Below, piece by piece: positions 20,352 to 31,337 of a stretch of DNA of 58,628 nt. Position 1 is the first letter of the stretch, and each line of letters begins with the position of its first letter. The notes below the pieces were generated by a model. That model saw only the letters and a list, made by a program, of their open reading frames with translations, searched no databases and was not told where the DNA came from. A program made the translations under genes and the position numbers. The stretch lies in NCBI GenBank assembly GCA_964517315.1, contig CAZFCJ010000006.1, forward strand, positions 1 through 58,628, in the 5' to 3' direction. The stretch comes from an uncultured Anaerolineaceae bacterium. Its GTDB lineage: Bacteria > Chloroflexota > Anaerolineae > Anaerolineales > E44-bin32.

Positions 20352-20618
20352 TCAAGCCGCGCGGCGAACGAAGTTCACCAGCGCCAACAGCACGACGGCC
20401 CCGATGAAGGAAACCAACAGCCCCGACATACTGAAGTCGCCGGTGTTGATGGTGCCGGTGCCAAAGACCGGCCCCAGCAGGAAGCCACCGAGGAGTGCGC
20501 CGACAATCCCGACCACGATGTTCAAAAGGGCACCTTGCCGAGGGTCGGTGCCCATAACCATGCTGGCGAGCCAGCCGATGATCGCGCCGACAACCAACCA
20601 AACAATGAGACCGATCAT
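20352..20618 (-). CDS. GlsB/YeaQ/YmgE (transglycosylase-associated) stress membrane protein
   Basis: GAIIGWLAS...NIVVGIVGALLGG...SFIGAVVLL. Confidence 0.92.
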   Translation of the reverse strand: MIGLIVWLVVGAIIGWLASMVMGTDPRQGALLNIVVGIVGALLGGFLLGPVFGTGTINTGDFSMSGLLVSFIGAVVLLALVNFVRRAA

Positions 20619-21224
20619 TTTGACTACTCTCCTTCTTTTAGGGGGTGGGCATTAAGCCGGGACCGCCTCGTTGCTGCAGGACAGCCAGTCATGAAATCAT
20701 TCCCGCCTTCAAGCGGCGCAATTGCTGTCCCGGCTTCACCTTGTGCCATGTTGACATGGGGCATGGCCAAACTCAATATATCCTTATCCCCTCCACGGAT
20801 GCAGTGGGGGATACAAAGGGGTGGGATCCCCTCGAGCATACGCTGCTAGGATGTTTGATCCATAGGCAGCAGTCCGCCCATTTTGTACAATCCTGAACCA
20901 TGGAAACGTTTCCTTCATGGTCGCCCTACATAAGCCTTGCGACCCTTGTGTTTCTCATGTTGGTCGGATCTGTGGTCAAGCTGCCCGAGTTGGTCGTTTT
21001 CGCCGGCGGAGCAGCCTTACCCATCGGGTTGCACTGCTTGAAACGTGAAGCCAAGCTGCGGGATATGCACGACAACTAGTCTCAAAGCCTCAGCAAGCTC
21101 GCTTTGGAACCGATCAGATCCGGTCCACAACGGCGCGCCGGCCAGGCCGGTTCTCTCGCCCCCCCTGGCCATGTATGGTCCCCTGCCTCACCCGATGTCT
21201 CATCTGAAACCGCAGATCGGTCCA

Positions 21225-21479
21225 TTATGTCTCTTGAGTAGGGGCTTGCTCTTCCTTCGTTTGAAGCCTCTCAAGCAATTCCTCAGCCTGCTGCCGGGTG
21301 TCGGTGGCGGCTCGCTCCAATTCCTTTCGGATTTGATCGGATTTGTCCTTCAGTTGGGCGATGGTCTGCTCACCCGATTGGGGGGCATTCAGGATCGCGA
21401 TCGCGGCACCCACCAATCCGCCCAATAGCAACCCGCTGATGAAGGAGCCTAACCCGCTCCTCGTGTCATTCGTAGCCAC
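21225..21479 (-). CDS. YtxH-domain protein
   Basis: FISGLLLGGLVGAAIAILNAPQSGEQT followed by a coiled coil. Confidence 0.88.
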   Translation of the reverse strand: MATNDTRSGLGSFISGLLLGGLVGAAIAILNAPQSGEQTIAQLKDKSDQIRKELERAATDTRQQAEELLERLQTKEEQAPTQET

Positions 21480-21514
21480 GGTATAGTCCTTTCCTTATCG
21501 AGGTTTCTCATTCT

Positions 21515-21549
21515 AGACTATGGGGCTTGACGCGCGAGAACCATAGATC
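21515..21549 (-). promoter_or_regulatory. Island promoter motif GATCTAT-N22-TAGTCT (YtxH gene)
   Basis: Read directly on the minus strand. Confidence 0.6.
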
Positions 21550-21713
21550 GCAGGCATAAGGGGGAGCCTGCGGGGGCACATTCCCATACGTTCCCAGGAG
21601 TCCGGATCATCACATCCAGCGCGCATCTCGACCTATGAAGGCGATACATTTACCCACTACAGAATTTAGCCTATCGTCTGGGGAGCGGTGGTTTGGCTAA
21701 ATGGAGTGGGCCG

Positions 21714-22463
21714 ATGGAGAATTACACCTTCGATCTCCAGCGTATCTTTTTAGGGAACCTGCCGCCCCTGATCTTTCTCGAGATTGTTCTGCGGACGGTT
21801 CTCATGTACAGTTTCTCGCTTGCGTGTTTGCGGATTCTGGGAAAACGCAGCACGCGTGAACTGACGCCGGTGGATGTGATTCTGATCGTGGCCTTGGGCA
21901 GCGCAGTCGGGGACCCCATGTTTTCCCCTGACGTGCCGCTGCTCCATGGGATGCTGGTCGTCGGTCTGGTCATCGGTCTCCAGCGCCTGGCTGTGATGTT
22001 AGCCAATGACCATGCGAGGATCGAGAAAGGAATCAAAGGCTCGCCAGTTCGCCTGGTTGCCGAGGGCGTTCTAGACCTAAAAGCCAGGAAACAGGCCGAG
22101 TTTTCCCGAGACGAAATCTTCGCCATGCTACGTGAGCACGGTTACACAAATCTGGGCCAGGTGGCGCGGATGTACCTGGAAACCGACGGCAGCGTGACCC
22201 ATTACCCCTTCCCTGACGACCGCGCTGTCGCCGGGCTACCGGTCACACCTCCCTGGGAACTCGAACCCCCCAACGAAATAAAAGCGGGGGAGCGCCTGAC
22301 GGAGTCAACCCAGCTCGGTTGCAGTTATTGCGGCCACGTCATTCCCGCCGAGCAAGGAAAGACCGTTCCCCGCTGCCCGCGCTGCCATCGAACCGACTGG
22401 GTGATTGCGAGCGAGGCCGAGCAAGAAGATCCAACTGGTCAAGCGCCGGACACCCGTGGTTGA
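21714..22463 (+). CDS. DUF421/YetF-family membrane protein with C-terminal zinc ribbon
   Basis: RILGKR...LGSAVGDPM...LETDGSVT; C-terminal CSYC...CPRC. Confidence 0.85.
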   Translation: MENYTFDLQRIFLGNLPPLIFLEIVLRTVLMYSFSLACLRILGKRSTRELTPVDVILIVALGSAVGDPMFSPDVPLLHGMLVVGLVIGLQRLAVMLANDHARIEKGIKGSPVRLVAEGVLDLKARKQAEFSRDEIFAMLREHGYTNLGQVARMYLETDGSVTHYPFPDDRAVAGLPVTPPWELEPPNEIKAGERLTESTQLGCSYCGHVIPAEQGKTVPRCPRCHRTDWVIASEAEQEDPTGQAPDTRG

Positions 22464-22495
22464 CACCGATATTAAATGGAAGGCGACCCAGCCGA

Positions 22496-23389
22496 ATGAA
22501 GAACGAGTTCATCGCGCTGCTTAGGGAAACCTACCGGGCGTTCAGCCAAGACAAGGTTCCGCAATTGGGAGCTGCCTTGGCCTACTACACGGCCTTCTCG
22601 CTGGCACCGCTCCTCATCATCGCCATTGCCGTAGCCGGGTTGGCCTTCGGCCCGGAGGCGGCTCAAGGTGAGATCGTTGGCCAGTTCAGTTCGTTACTGG
22701 GTGAAACAGGGGCCGAGCTGATCCAAACCATGATCGCCCAAGCTTATGACCCCGGGCGCGGGCTTCTCGCCTCCTTCATCGGCGTCGTCACGCTCCTGTT
22801 AGGAGCGACCGGTGCCTTCAATCAGCTCCAGCAGGCGATGAACCTCATTTGGGACGTCCCCCAAAAGCAATCCCAGGGGATCATGAACACGATCCGCGAT
22901 CGACTGCTTTCGATCACCATGGTGCTGGGAACGGGTTTTCTGCTGCTGACTTCGCTGCTCCTGAGCGCGGCGGTAGCGGGCTTTAGTCGTTCCATTTCCA
23001 ATTGGTTGGGGGAAGGTGCCGAGGTGCTGATTATCGGGGGCAACACGACCATCACACTGAGCCTGACCACTGTGGTCTTTGCGCTCATGTTTAAGTATCT
23101 GCCCGACGGCGAGATCCAAGTCTCCTGGTGGGATCTATTTACGGGCGCGGCCGTGACCGCCGCGCTCTTCTCCCTGGGTAAGCTCCTGATTGGACTGTAC
23201 TTGGGGAATGCCGCCCTTGGGTCGTCCTACGGCGCCGCCGGTTCATTAGCCATCCTGCTGGTTTGGATCTACTACTCCGCTCAGGTGTTCTTCCTGGGCG
23301 CCGAATTCACCAAGGTGTTTGCGGGCGCAAAAGAAGAGAGTGGCGAAACCAAGCGGCGCAGAACTGTCCACGCCTCACCTAAGCGGTAA
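22496..23389 (+). CDS. YihY/BrkB family membrane protein
   Basis: GAALAYYTAFSLAPLL, YGAAGSLAILLVWIYYSAQVFFLGAEF. Confidence 0.92.
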   Translation: MKNEFIALLRETYRAFSQDKVPQLGAALAYYTAFSLAPLLIIAIAVAGLAFGPEAAQGEIVGQFSSLLGETGAELIQTMIAQAYDPGRGLLASFIGVVTLLLGATGAFNQLQQAMNLIWDVPQKQSQGIMNTIRDRLLSITMVLGTGFLLLTSLLLSAAVAGFSRSISNWLGEGAEVLIIGGNTTITLSLTTVVFALMFKYLPDGEIQVSWWDLFTGAAVTAALFSLGKLLIGLYLGNAALGSSYGAAGSLAILLVWIYYSAQVFFLGAEFTKVFAGAKEESGETKRRRTVHASPKR

Positions 23390-23718
23390 CCGGCAGGCCA
23401 AGCTCGAGAAGCCCCTTTGCCCGCGGCCTGCCCCCGGTTCCCAAGTCATCAGATGAAGTGGGCTCCACCCCCCCACGTCTAAAGTCGTTCCGAGTGGCGA
23501 ACCTGGAAATCGGCTGCTGTCCTCCCAGGATCTCTCGCCGTAATGCCGGCCGGACTTCTCAGCGGTTTGGATGCATCAAAGGCGAACGCCCTTCCGTCGC
23601 GAGGCTGGTCTAGCGAGCCCAAAGCTCTTCTTACCACTAAGAAAAGCCGCGGCTCACCCGCCAATTCCCTCCCCGCCACCGTCGTTTCCTTTGTGATTGA
23701 TCGCTCATGATCCAACCT

Positions 23719-24915
23719 CTATCCCCGTTCCGCACGCTCGAGCCCCTCAGCTTTCCGGTAGAGGTTCGTCACCTTACCTGCCAGATCGGACCACCGCTGC
23801 CGCGCATCGGGTTCTGGAAGACGATGGATCTGCTCGGTGATCCGGGTCAGCCTCCTCTTCAGCGTTCCAAAATCATCGGCCGATCCCTCACCGTCCGGCT
23901 GTGGGGAGGCTGGCTCATCCAGTCCCCGCAGTAATTCGTGGCCAGCTGCGGCGACCGGCGGGGCGAGGACCACCCCGATCAGGCCGGCCATCTTGCCCAG
24001 CGCCAGGATCAACACTCCGGTCAGCAGCCGACTCGGCGGCTCATAATCCAGTACCGCCCGCTGCCAGACCCGCTCAACCACGTAGTACAACATCACTCCG
24101 AAGAGGATGATCAACAGCTCGCCGCCGAGTTCGATCCCAACCAGGGCCAATAGCGGCAGGAAGGCTAGGGCCACCCCTAACCACGGCACCATGCGAGCTA
24201 TTCCCGCCCACAGCGCTAAAGCGGTTGGATAAGGCACGCCGCTGACCGAATACAATCCCGTTAGGCTCAGAAAAATGGTGAAGCTGATCAGGAGTTCAGA
24301 CCGGACCGACTCCCCAACGACTGACCATACCCTGTCCCAAATTCGGCGGGACCGGCTGCGCCATTCGGGCCACAGTAACCCGAACAGCCATCGTTGCAAT
24401 TGCCCCTGATCGAGGCTCCAGTAGATACTGATCACCAAAACCAAACCGAGATAGCCGATGAACGAGAGGATCCCGCTGGTGGCGCCTATGGCCATGATCG
24501 CCAGGCGAGGCATGAGCTTCTGGCTCAGTCCTTCGCCAGCCTCCGACAAATTGGGGACGAGGATAGCCAACAGACGGCTGTCGCCCGTGCCGTCTTCGGC
24601 CTCCTGTAATTCGGAGGAAAGGCGCCGCAGCATCCCAATACTATCGTCGACCAAGAGCTGCGAATCATTCACCAACCGTGGGCCCAGGGAGGTGGCTGTG
24701 AGCATCAGTATCAACAGGACGGAGGCGTAAGCCAGGACCACACTCAAGCGATGGGAGATCCCTCGCCGCCGAAACGTCTGAAACAGCGGATGTAGAGCGC
24801 GGGACACGGCCAAGGCCAACAGCAGGAGAACGACGGCTATGCGCAGTTCCCAAAGGACCCACAAGCCGGCAACGGTGAGCAGCACCCATAACGCGGTTTG
24901 GGCCAAGTCCCTCAC
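23719..24915 (-). CDS. AI-2E family transporter (divergent)
   Basis: Multi-TM; VPYPTALALWAGIARMVPWLG, GLIGVVLAPP. Confidence 0.75.
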   Translation of the reverse strand: MRDLAQTALWVLLTVAGLWVLWELRIAVVLLLLALAVSRALHPLFQTFRRRGISHRLSVVLAYASVLLILMLTATSLGPRLVNDSQLLVDDSIGMLRRLSSELQEAEDGTGDSRLLAILVPNLSEAGEGLSQKLMPRLAIMAIGATSGILSFIGYLGLVLVISIYWSLDQGQLQRWLFGLLWPEWRSRSRRIWDRVWSVVGESVRSELLISFTIFLSLTGLYSVSGVPYPTALALWAGIARMVPWLGVALAFLPLLALVGIELGGELLIILFGVMLYYVVERVWQRAVLDYEPPSRLLTGVLILALGKMAGLIGVVLAPPVAAAGHELLRGLDEPASPQPDGEGSADDFGTLKRRLTRITEQIHRLPEPDARQRWSDLAGKVTNLYRKAEGLERAERG

Positions 24916-26156
24916 TCCGCGCCACCTCCATCCTCAACCTGCTCCAAATAACGATCCAAACCGAGAACCATATTTTCCAGCTCGGTCTTGAGCACATGAC
25001 CCCGATCACTTGAGGGACCAAGGGGATCGATGGCGGGTTGGTTGATGGTCCTCAAGACTTCGCGGGCTTCGTAACGCAGCGCGCTGATCGCATCCCGACC
25101 CTCAAGTCCTTGCCCACGCCTCATCTCCACACCACCGAAACGACGGAAGAGAATTTGGACGCCGCTGGCAAAGGGAATGGCCACGACCCCGCCTGGGATC
25201 CCCAACAGGCTGGCCAAGGTTACCAGGCTCAGCAGCGTCAGGATCGGATGGACACCAACCGAGTGATTCATTACCCGGGGGACCAGCAGGGTATTCTCCA
25301 GCGCTTGGATTAAGGTGGCAGCCACCACGACGGCCAAGACCGGCCCTGTCCCGAGCGGAAGGGCGACTAAACCGGCGGGTATAGCAGCCAGGACGGGTCC
25401 GAAGATGGGCACTGCTTCCATCAAGCCGGCCAACACGCCCAAAGCAAACGGGTAGGGCAGACCAATAATCAGATAGGCGATGAAGGAAAGCAGGCCGACC
25501 GCCAGGCACAGAATAGTCTGGGCCCGAATAAACTCGCCGATTTTCCGCTCAAAGTCTTCAACCAGCTCCTCGACCGTACGCCGGCGCTCCGCCCGAAACC
25601 ACTTGCCGACGCCTCGAATGAACCAGTTTCGTTCCAAGCTCCAATACGCCGCCAGAATGAAGATTCCCACGAAGTAAATCACGGCTTTGGCTACCGTTAG
25701 GGCCGTGGACGCGATCGCCTCCGCCAAATCGTTTTCGGCCCCGGCAACGCCGGCCAACAAGCCTGGCAGCTGTTCGATGGATGGCAGTTCAAAGGCCAGG
25801 AACCGCAGTTCACCTTCAGACTTGAAAAGCGCTAGCCGCAATTTTTCGTAATTTTCCGGAATGGCCTCCAGCAGTTGGGAGGATTGACGTACCAGTAGCG
25901 GCGTGGCACCCACCAGGAGAAGGCCCGAAATCAGCGCCAGTACGCTGTAAATGATCAGGACGTTGTTGGCACGGTTGCCACTTAATTGGGCTGCGTAGCG
26001 AACCACGGGCTGTAGGGCCATCGCCAAGATCAAGGCGATCACCAGGACGAAGAGTATCTCCCTGAAGAAATAAAGGGTGTAAAATGCCAAGGCAACGCAG
26101 GCGATCACAAGGGTCGCATGCACCACCTGTCTTGGATTCTGGTTACCGATGGACAT
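24912..26156 (-). CDS. AI-2E family transporter
   Basis: LPYPFALGVLAGLMEAVPIFGP, QALENTLLVPRVMNHSVGVHP; start 26156 or 26177. Confidence 0.9.
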   Translation of the reverse strand: MSIGNQNPRQVVHATLVIACVALAFYTLYFFREILFVLVIALILAMALQPVVRYAAQLSGNRANNVLIIYSVLALISGLLLVGATPLLVRQSSQLLEAIPENYEKLRLALFKSEGELRFLAFELPSIEQLPGLLAGVAGAENDLAEAIASTALTVAKAVIYFVGIFILAAYWSLERNWFIRGVGKWFRAERRRTVEELVEDFERKIGEFIRAQTILCLAVGLLSFIAYLIIGLPYPFALGVLAGLMEAVPIFGPVLAAIPAGLVALPLGTGPVLAVVVAATLIQALENTLLVPRVMNHSVGVHPILTLLSLVTLASLLGIPGGVVAIPFASGVQILFRRFGGVEMRRGQGLEGRDAISALRYEAREVLRTINQPAIDPLGPSSDRGHVLKTELENMVLGLDRYLEQVEDGGGAE

Positions 26157-26346
26157 AAGAAGCCCAAAGCCAGGCAAAAGACTGCGGAAAGCCTGGCAGC
26201 CGGTTAGCTTCTGGATCGGCGCGGCAGATGCGCCACCTCACAACGGAGCCGGCTTCCTGCCAGGCGTTTCGGGATGCCTAACTTGGCTGACAGTGTGCTC
26301 GCCAACGGCTTCCCGGCCTGCACAGGCTCGAGCGCCCTCCGAACCG

Positions 26347-26619
26347 CTAATGGCGGCGGGCTGCCGACATCGCCACCAGGGCCAAAACGGCCACCCCCGC
26401 TATCAGTAAGGGCAGCGAGCTCGCCTGCTTGTCGCCTCCCGCGCCGGCTAACTCCAGGGCGCCCTGCAAATCCGAGCCGCTGCAAGCGCTTACGAGCGAG
26501 GCGATTAGCAATTGCGCCAGGATCAACCTGGAATAAATGGAACCTCGCCTGAGATCCACGCCTTCCCTTCCTTCTATTCGATCATCCATCCAACTGGCGA
26601 ACCGCTCTGGACATTTCAT
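26347..26619 (-). CDS. Hypothetical small membrane/lipoprotein
   Basis: Hydrophobic stretch with VSAC lipobox-like motif and a C-terminal TM helix; start uncertain. Confidence 0.3.
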   Translation of the reverse strand: MKCPERFASWMDDRIEGREGVDLRRGSIYSRLILAQLLIASLVSACSGSDLQGALELAGAGGDKQASSLPLLIAGVAVLALVAMSAARRH

Positions 26620-26880
26620 TCAAATCATCGGGCTTAAACGCAATACGACCCACCCACCGCGGTCATGGATCGAGGCACAATTCAGACATACCCCCCGGAG
26701 TCCGGTCCGTTCAGAACTACCTCCATTAAGGGCTCAGAAAGCGGCTCAGTGGCCGACTGCTGAAATTTATCTAGGTATGGGAACGACGAAAAGAGGACTC
26801 ACGCACCGCTCCGCAGGTCCAGCGCGGGACCTTCGCATCGCGATCATCTGTATCTCACTCTGTACCTGAAGGCGGGAAGT

Positions 26881-26915
26881 GATCTATGAGGTTTCGCCCC
26901 TTTGGAAGTTAGCAT
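26881..26915 (+). promoter_or_regulatory. Island promoter motif GATCTAT-N22-TAGCAT
   Basis: Read directly, 43 nt upstream of the DUF3309 gene. Confidence 0.6.
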
Positions 26916-26958
26916 GAAGGTAACGGACGCTTGAAAATCGCTCGTAGGGAGGAAACAC

Positions 26959-27111
26959 ATGTCAACCATACTCATCATCTTGCTGGTCTTGCTTTTGATC
27001 GGCGCTTTGCCCAGTTGGGGCTACAGCAGCGGGTGGGGGTACGGGCCCTCAGGGATCCTAGGCTTTCTGCTCCTGCTCCTGATCATCGCGCTGCTCGCCG
27101 GTTGGCTCTAA
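26959..27111 (+). CDS. DUF3309 family small membrane protein (50 aa; below ORF-track cutoff)
   Basis: MSTILIILLVLLLIGALPSWGYSSGWGYGPSGILGFLLLLLIIALLAGWL; GGGAGG RBS. Confidence 0.9.
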   Translation: MSTILIILLVLLLIGALPSWGYSSGWGYGPSGILGFLLLLLIIALLAGWL

Positions 27112-27185
27112 TCTGACGCACGAACGAGCGGCAACACAGCAGCTCCCGCTCCTGTGTGCTGAAAACCTCATTTTGGAGGAAATAT

Positions 27186-27365
27186 ATGGAACTGCTCGGC
27201 TGGGCCATTGGAGCGCTGATCATTTCGCTGATCGCCGGCCTGCTCGGATTCACCGGCATCGCCCGAGGAGCGGCGACAGTCGCCAAGGTTCTCTTTGGCT
27301 TCTTCATTCTGGTGGCTGTCGCGATCTTCTTTTTAATGTTGTTGGGCGTCGGCGTTGTCACTTGA
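27186..27365 (+). CDS. DUF1328 (UPF0391) small membrane protein
   Basis: WAIGALIISLIAGLLGFTGIARGAATVAKVLF; GGAGG RBS. Confidence 0.9.
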   Translation: MELLGWAIGALIISLIAGLLGFTGIARGAATVAKVLFGFFILVAVAIFFLMLLGVGVVT

Positions 27366-27985
27366 AATGAGTCCGTTCTCGCCACACACGCCGACCCCTC
27401 GAATGAAGGGGCAAGCCTCGGCAACGGCAAAAGCCGATTCGCGCGGGAGCATGCGCCGTTACCCGACAAACGCGCCGGAGCCGTCTCAATTTGCGTCCTG
27501 ATGCGAATCGCCCGACTGGCCACCGCCTCGGCCGGCTTCGTGTATGCGGCCAACGCTGGCATCGGGCCATAGCTGAGCCAACCGGATTTGACCGATCCGG
27601 TGAAGGACCTGGTGGAGAAGGCTGAAGGGCTGCGCCAGACCAGAGGAGTTCCCGTAGCTCCAAATGCGCGTGGATAAATATCAACTCCGCGCCCGCGGTT
27701 GCCCGATGTCTCCGGCCTCTTGCCCCGCTCGGTTCGCTCCGGTAGCTGGTTCGAACTTTCCTGTGGGGGCGCAGCAGCCACCTGAGCGCGAACCAGGGCA
27801 TCGGGAACAGGATCAGCCCCACCCGGTCAGGAATCAACAGATAGCGGCGTCGACGGCCAGGCTCCCCAGCATGACGTTCTGATCGATCGAAATGCCACAG
27901 AAAGTGGGCAGGTCCCAGTGGATAGTTCGGATCGGGTACCGGCCGGTCCAGATGAGAATTTGACGATTGATGGAGGGATCACGAC

Positions 27986-28405
27986 ATGAATAAGCGAACA
28001 TTCCGTTGCTTGCTGTTTAATTTGCTCCTAGCTGCCCTCATCGGAGCTTGTGGGCAGCTGGAGGAATCCGCGGTCGAGCTCCCGGAGGCCGCGGAAATCC
28101 GCCAGGCCGTGCGCCAGCAACTACAGGAACGCACCGGCGTGGACCCCGAGCAAATCGAAATTCTGGAGGTCGAACAGAGGGAGTGGAGTGATGCCTGCCT
28201 CGAACTACCTGAGCCGGATGAGGCCTGCGCCCAAACGATAACCCCCGGTTGGCTGCTACGGGCCCGGGTGGAAGGGCAGGAGATCGAAGTCCACACCAAT
28301 GCAGACGCCTCCCAGATTCGCATCGCAGGGATGGCCACGGGGGTGCTGCTCCCAAGGATTGCTGGGGTTCCAATGACCCAAGGGAATGATCAAGGTCAAC
28401 GCTAG
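27986..28405 (+). CDS. Hypothetical lipoprotein
   Basis: Lipobox IGAC; conserved-looking WSDACL...ACAQTITPGW...EVHTN; GGAGG RBS. Confidence 0.7.
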   Translation: MNKRTFRCLLFNLLLAALIGACGQLEESAVELPEAAEIRQAVRQQLQERTGVDPEQIEILEVEQREWSDACLELPEPDEACAQTITPGWLLRARVEGQEIEVHTNADASQIRIAGMATGVLLPRIAGVPMTQGNDQGQR

Positions 28406-28627
28406 CCCTCGGATCTCAGCGCTCCACCGCGGGATGGTTGGTGGCTCGGTTCGCTTCAAACCGGACCAGCCGACCGGTCGCCCGATCTGATCGTGGGGGC
28501 ACCGTTACCTGATCGGTAAAATGGTGCGGGTGGCCATGGGGGCATAAAGCTTCTCAAGTCCATCCTCCTGAGACCCGTTGCCGGCATTCAATCCGGCGCC
28601 CATTTCCTGAAAACCCCGCTGTTAAGT

Positions 28628-28667
28628 GTCAATGGCCGGAGGCTTAAAAATTCCTCCGGCCATTGAC
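28628..28667. terminator. Inverted repeat / terminator between convergent genes
   Basis: GTCAATGGCCGGAGG-N10-CCTCCGGCCATTGAC, perfect 15-bp stem. Confidence 0.7.
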
Positions 28668-28695
28668 CGCTTCACTTTATTTGGAGAGAGCAGCC

Positions 28696-28908
28696 TCAGG
28701 TGAGGTCCCGCTCGGCCCGATCCAGATAATCCTCCACCCTTTTCTCGGCCTCAGCCCGCTCGTAGCCGTAGCGCTCCTGGAGGGTTCCAATGAGGCGATC
28801 CCGACTGCCTTCGATCCGGGCCAAATCATCATCCGTAAGCTTGCCCCACTGCTGCTTGATCTTGCCCTTCAACTCCTTCCAGTTGCCACTCAGCACGTCC
28901 TTGTTCAT
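28696..28908 (-). CDS. csbD: CsbD family general stress protein
   Basis: MNKDVLSGNWKELKGKIKQQWGKLTDDDL...GTLQERYGY. Confidence 0.95.
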   Translation of the reverse strand: MNKDVLSGNWKELKGKIKQQWGKLTDDDLARIEGSRDRLIGTLQERYGYERAEAEKRVEDYLDRAERDLT

Positions 28909-29035
28909 CTAAGTCCTCCTTTTGGTTTCAGCGCAACCCTTCAGTTCGGCCGCGGCCAATAGGGTGGCCAGCGAACGATTTCTGGGCATCCCCACAGACC
29001 GTTCAGCGACCAGTCCGCAAGGAACTCCAATGTCT

Positions 29036-29070
29036 AACATAAAGCGCGGGCCTTCGGAAGACCATATACC
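29036..29070 (-). promoter_or_regulatory. Island promoter motif variant GGTATAT-N22-TATGTT (csbD)
   Basis: Read directly; part of inverted repeat ATATATC-AGA-GGTATAT. Confidence 0.5.
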
Positions 29071-29294
29071 TCTGATATATGGAGGACACAGTCATGGCAA
29101 CATCACTCACATTTTCGGTATTGTTTATCCGTTAACACTTTGTTACTATCTTAATAAGGACACGATTAACTCCAATGGGAATCATCAGCCCGTAAGTCCA
29201 ATCAGGCCGAGCAGTCAGTTGAGGTTGCTCCTCCTTTCCGTCGTTAGCATTCGCTGACCGTCGCGGGAGAGCCAATACTCGTCAGGGGGGGAAC

Positions 29295-31337
29295 ATGCTC
29301 CGTCGGGTCGTTTCCACTCTCCTCTTCATATCATCCACCGCCATGCTGGCGAGCCTTGTGATCCTGCCCGCCCGCCTCGGCTCCAGCATCTGGCTCAGCC
29401 CCCTCCAAACCACCCTGCTTATGTTGGTTCCATCGTTGGCGTTGGTCCTGCTGATCGTGGACCGGGCTCAATCGGGGCCCCCGCGCGCACAGGAGCAGGG
29501 GGGCTGGCTGAAGGACGAGCACGTCCATCAGATGATCGCCGAATTGGAAGATTACGCTATCTTCTTCCTGGACCCGGAGGGGACGGTCATTAGCTGGAAC
29601 AAGGGCGCCGGGAAGATCAAAGGCTACCAAGCTGACGAGATCATGGGTCAACACTTCTCGATTTTCTACCCCGAGGAGGACAGGGCCCGGGGTGTGCCCG
29701 CGAATAACCTAGAGATTGCCTGGAAGACGGGGAAACTTAGGACCGAGGGTTGGCGCCTGCGCAAGGATGGCACCCGTTTCCGGGCCGATGTCTTAATCGT
29801 TCCTTATTACGATCAGAAAGGAAATTTGTCAGCCTACGCCAAACTTACCCGCGATATTACCCCCTGGCATGAGGCCAGAATGGAGCTACGGAACAGTCAG
29901 CAACGGCTGGCGGAAGCCCAGCGAATTGCACGCATTGGAACTTGGGAGTGGAACCTGGAGTCGGATGAATGGTTATGGTCGCAGGAGCTGTACAGGATCT
30001 ACGGGCGGGATCCGGAGAGCTTTACACCCTCCTACGAGAGCTTATTGCAGGCGATGCCCCCCGAGGACCGTAAAAAGGCGAGGACGATCGTCGAGCGCTC
30101 ATTGCAAACCGGCGAACCTTTCCAATTTGGGCATCAACTGATACGGCTCGATGGTGATATCCGCACGGTCTATACCCACGGGCAGGTGGAGTTCGACCCA
30201 CAGGGCCAACCCATCCGAATGGTGGGTACCGGTCAAGATATCACAGAGCGTGTCCGGCTCGAGCGAGACTACATGATGCAGATCGAGCTGAACCAAAGTG
30301 TTGTCCGAGCGCAAAACGACCTGGGGCAGGGTGTGCTCATCACCGATGGGGATAACATCCTCTTCTACAATGATGTCTTTGCCGAAATCTTCAACTTGCC
30401 GGTGGGGCCGATCGAGTCGATCGAGGCTTTTCTGGGTCTCACTGGCGTGGATTCGGAATCTCATCTGCATGCCACGTTAACAACCACCCCGACCCCAACC
30501 GGCCGGATTGAAAGAGGCCAAGAGTTCCTCAACAGTCAGGAGGGCAAATACCTCGAATACGCTGCCACCTCGATGCGCATCCATGATCAAACCCGCAGAA
30601 TCGTCCTGCTCCAAGACATCACCGAGAGGAAAGAACTCCACCTCAGCCTTGAGGCTTCTCGCGAGAAACTGAAGCGATACTCGGCCGAACTGAATCGGGT
30701 CATCGAGCAGGAGCGCGCTTACATCGCCCGTCAGATACACGATGAATTGGGCCAGCAGTTGACGGGTCTCAAGATGGATCTATCCTTCCTTTCGGCCGAG
30801 CTGAGCAAAACCAACCATCCGGATACCCCATATTTTCTCCAGAAATTCGAGGAGATGATGGCCATGATCGAACACAGCGTCGATGCGGTTCGCAAGCTGG
30901 CCACCGAGCTGCGACCCGGCATCCTGGACAAGCTGGGCTTGTCGGCCGCTTTGGAATGGCAGGCCGCCGAGTTCCGGAAGCGAACTGGGGTGAAATGCCG
31001 CTATAGGGGAGCTAACTTGGGACGCATCGAGGATGAGGTCGCTACGGCCATGTTTCGGATCACGCAGGAGGCGTTGACCAATATCGCCCGCCACGCCCGC
31101 GCCGAGAATGTTGAGATCACGCTCGAATCGAACGAAGATAACGTCATCTTACAGATCAAGGACGATGGGCGGGGAATATCGGCTGAATCGCTCATGGGCA
31201 AGAACTCCTTGGGGATATTGGGCATGCGCGAACGAGCCGAGAACCTCGGCGGAAAGACGATCATCGCCCCCCGCTCCCGCAAGGGCACGGTTATTCACGT
31301 CACAATCCCAATGACACCGCTCGAGGACGATGGCTGA
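29295..31337 (+). CDS. Membrane PAS-domain sensor histidine kinase (HisKA_3, NarX/UhpB type)
   Basis: Two TM helices; PAS/PAC repeats; ERAYIARQIHDELGQQLT H-box, LRPGILD, QEALTNIARHA, DDGRG, GILGMRER. Confidence 0.93.
   Translation: MLRRVVSTLLFISSTAMLASLVILPARLGSSIWLSPLQTTLLMLVPSLALVLLIVDRAQSGPPRAQEQGGWLKDEHVHQMIAELEDYAIFFLDPEGTVISWNKGAGKIKGYQADEIMGQHFSIFYPEEDRARGVPANNLEIAWKTGKLRTEGWRLRKDGTRFRADVLIVPYYDQKGNLSAYAKLTRDITPWHEARMELRNSQQRLAEAQRIARIGTWEWNLESDEWLWSQELYRIYGRDPESFTPSYESLLQAMPPEDRKKARTIVERSLQTGEPFQFGHQLIRLDGDIRTVYTHGQVEFDPQGQPIRMVGTGQDITERVRLERDYMMQIELNQSVVRAQNDLGQGVLITDGDNILFYNDVFAEIFNLPVGPIESIEAFLGLTGVDSESHLHATLTTTPTPTGRIERGQEFLNSQEGKYLEYAATSMRIHDQTRRIVLLQDITERKELHLSLEASREKLKRYSAELNRVIEQERAYIARQIHDELGQQLTGLKMDLSFLSAELSKTNHPDTPYFLQKFEEMMAMIEHSVDAVRKLATELRPGILDKLGLSAALEWQAAEFRKRTGVKCRYRGANLGRIEDEVATAMFRITQEALTNIARHARAENVEITLESNEDNVILQIKDDGRGISAESLMGKNSLGILGMRERAENLGGKTIIAPRSRKGTVIHVTIPMTPLEDDG

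Noticed and set aside
19132-23138. GATCTAT copies at 19132 and 23132
   Set aside because: They lie inside coding sequences rather than upstream of genes; not counted as promoter sites
27366-27900. ORFs 27083..27781 and 27358..27837
   Set aside because: Low-complexity Arg/Pro/Ala translations with no family motif; possibly decayed sequence
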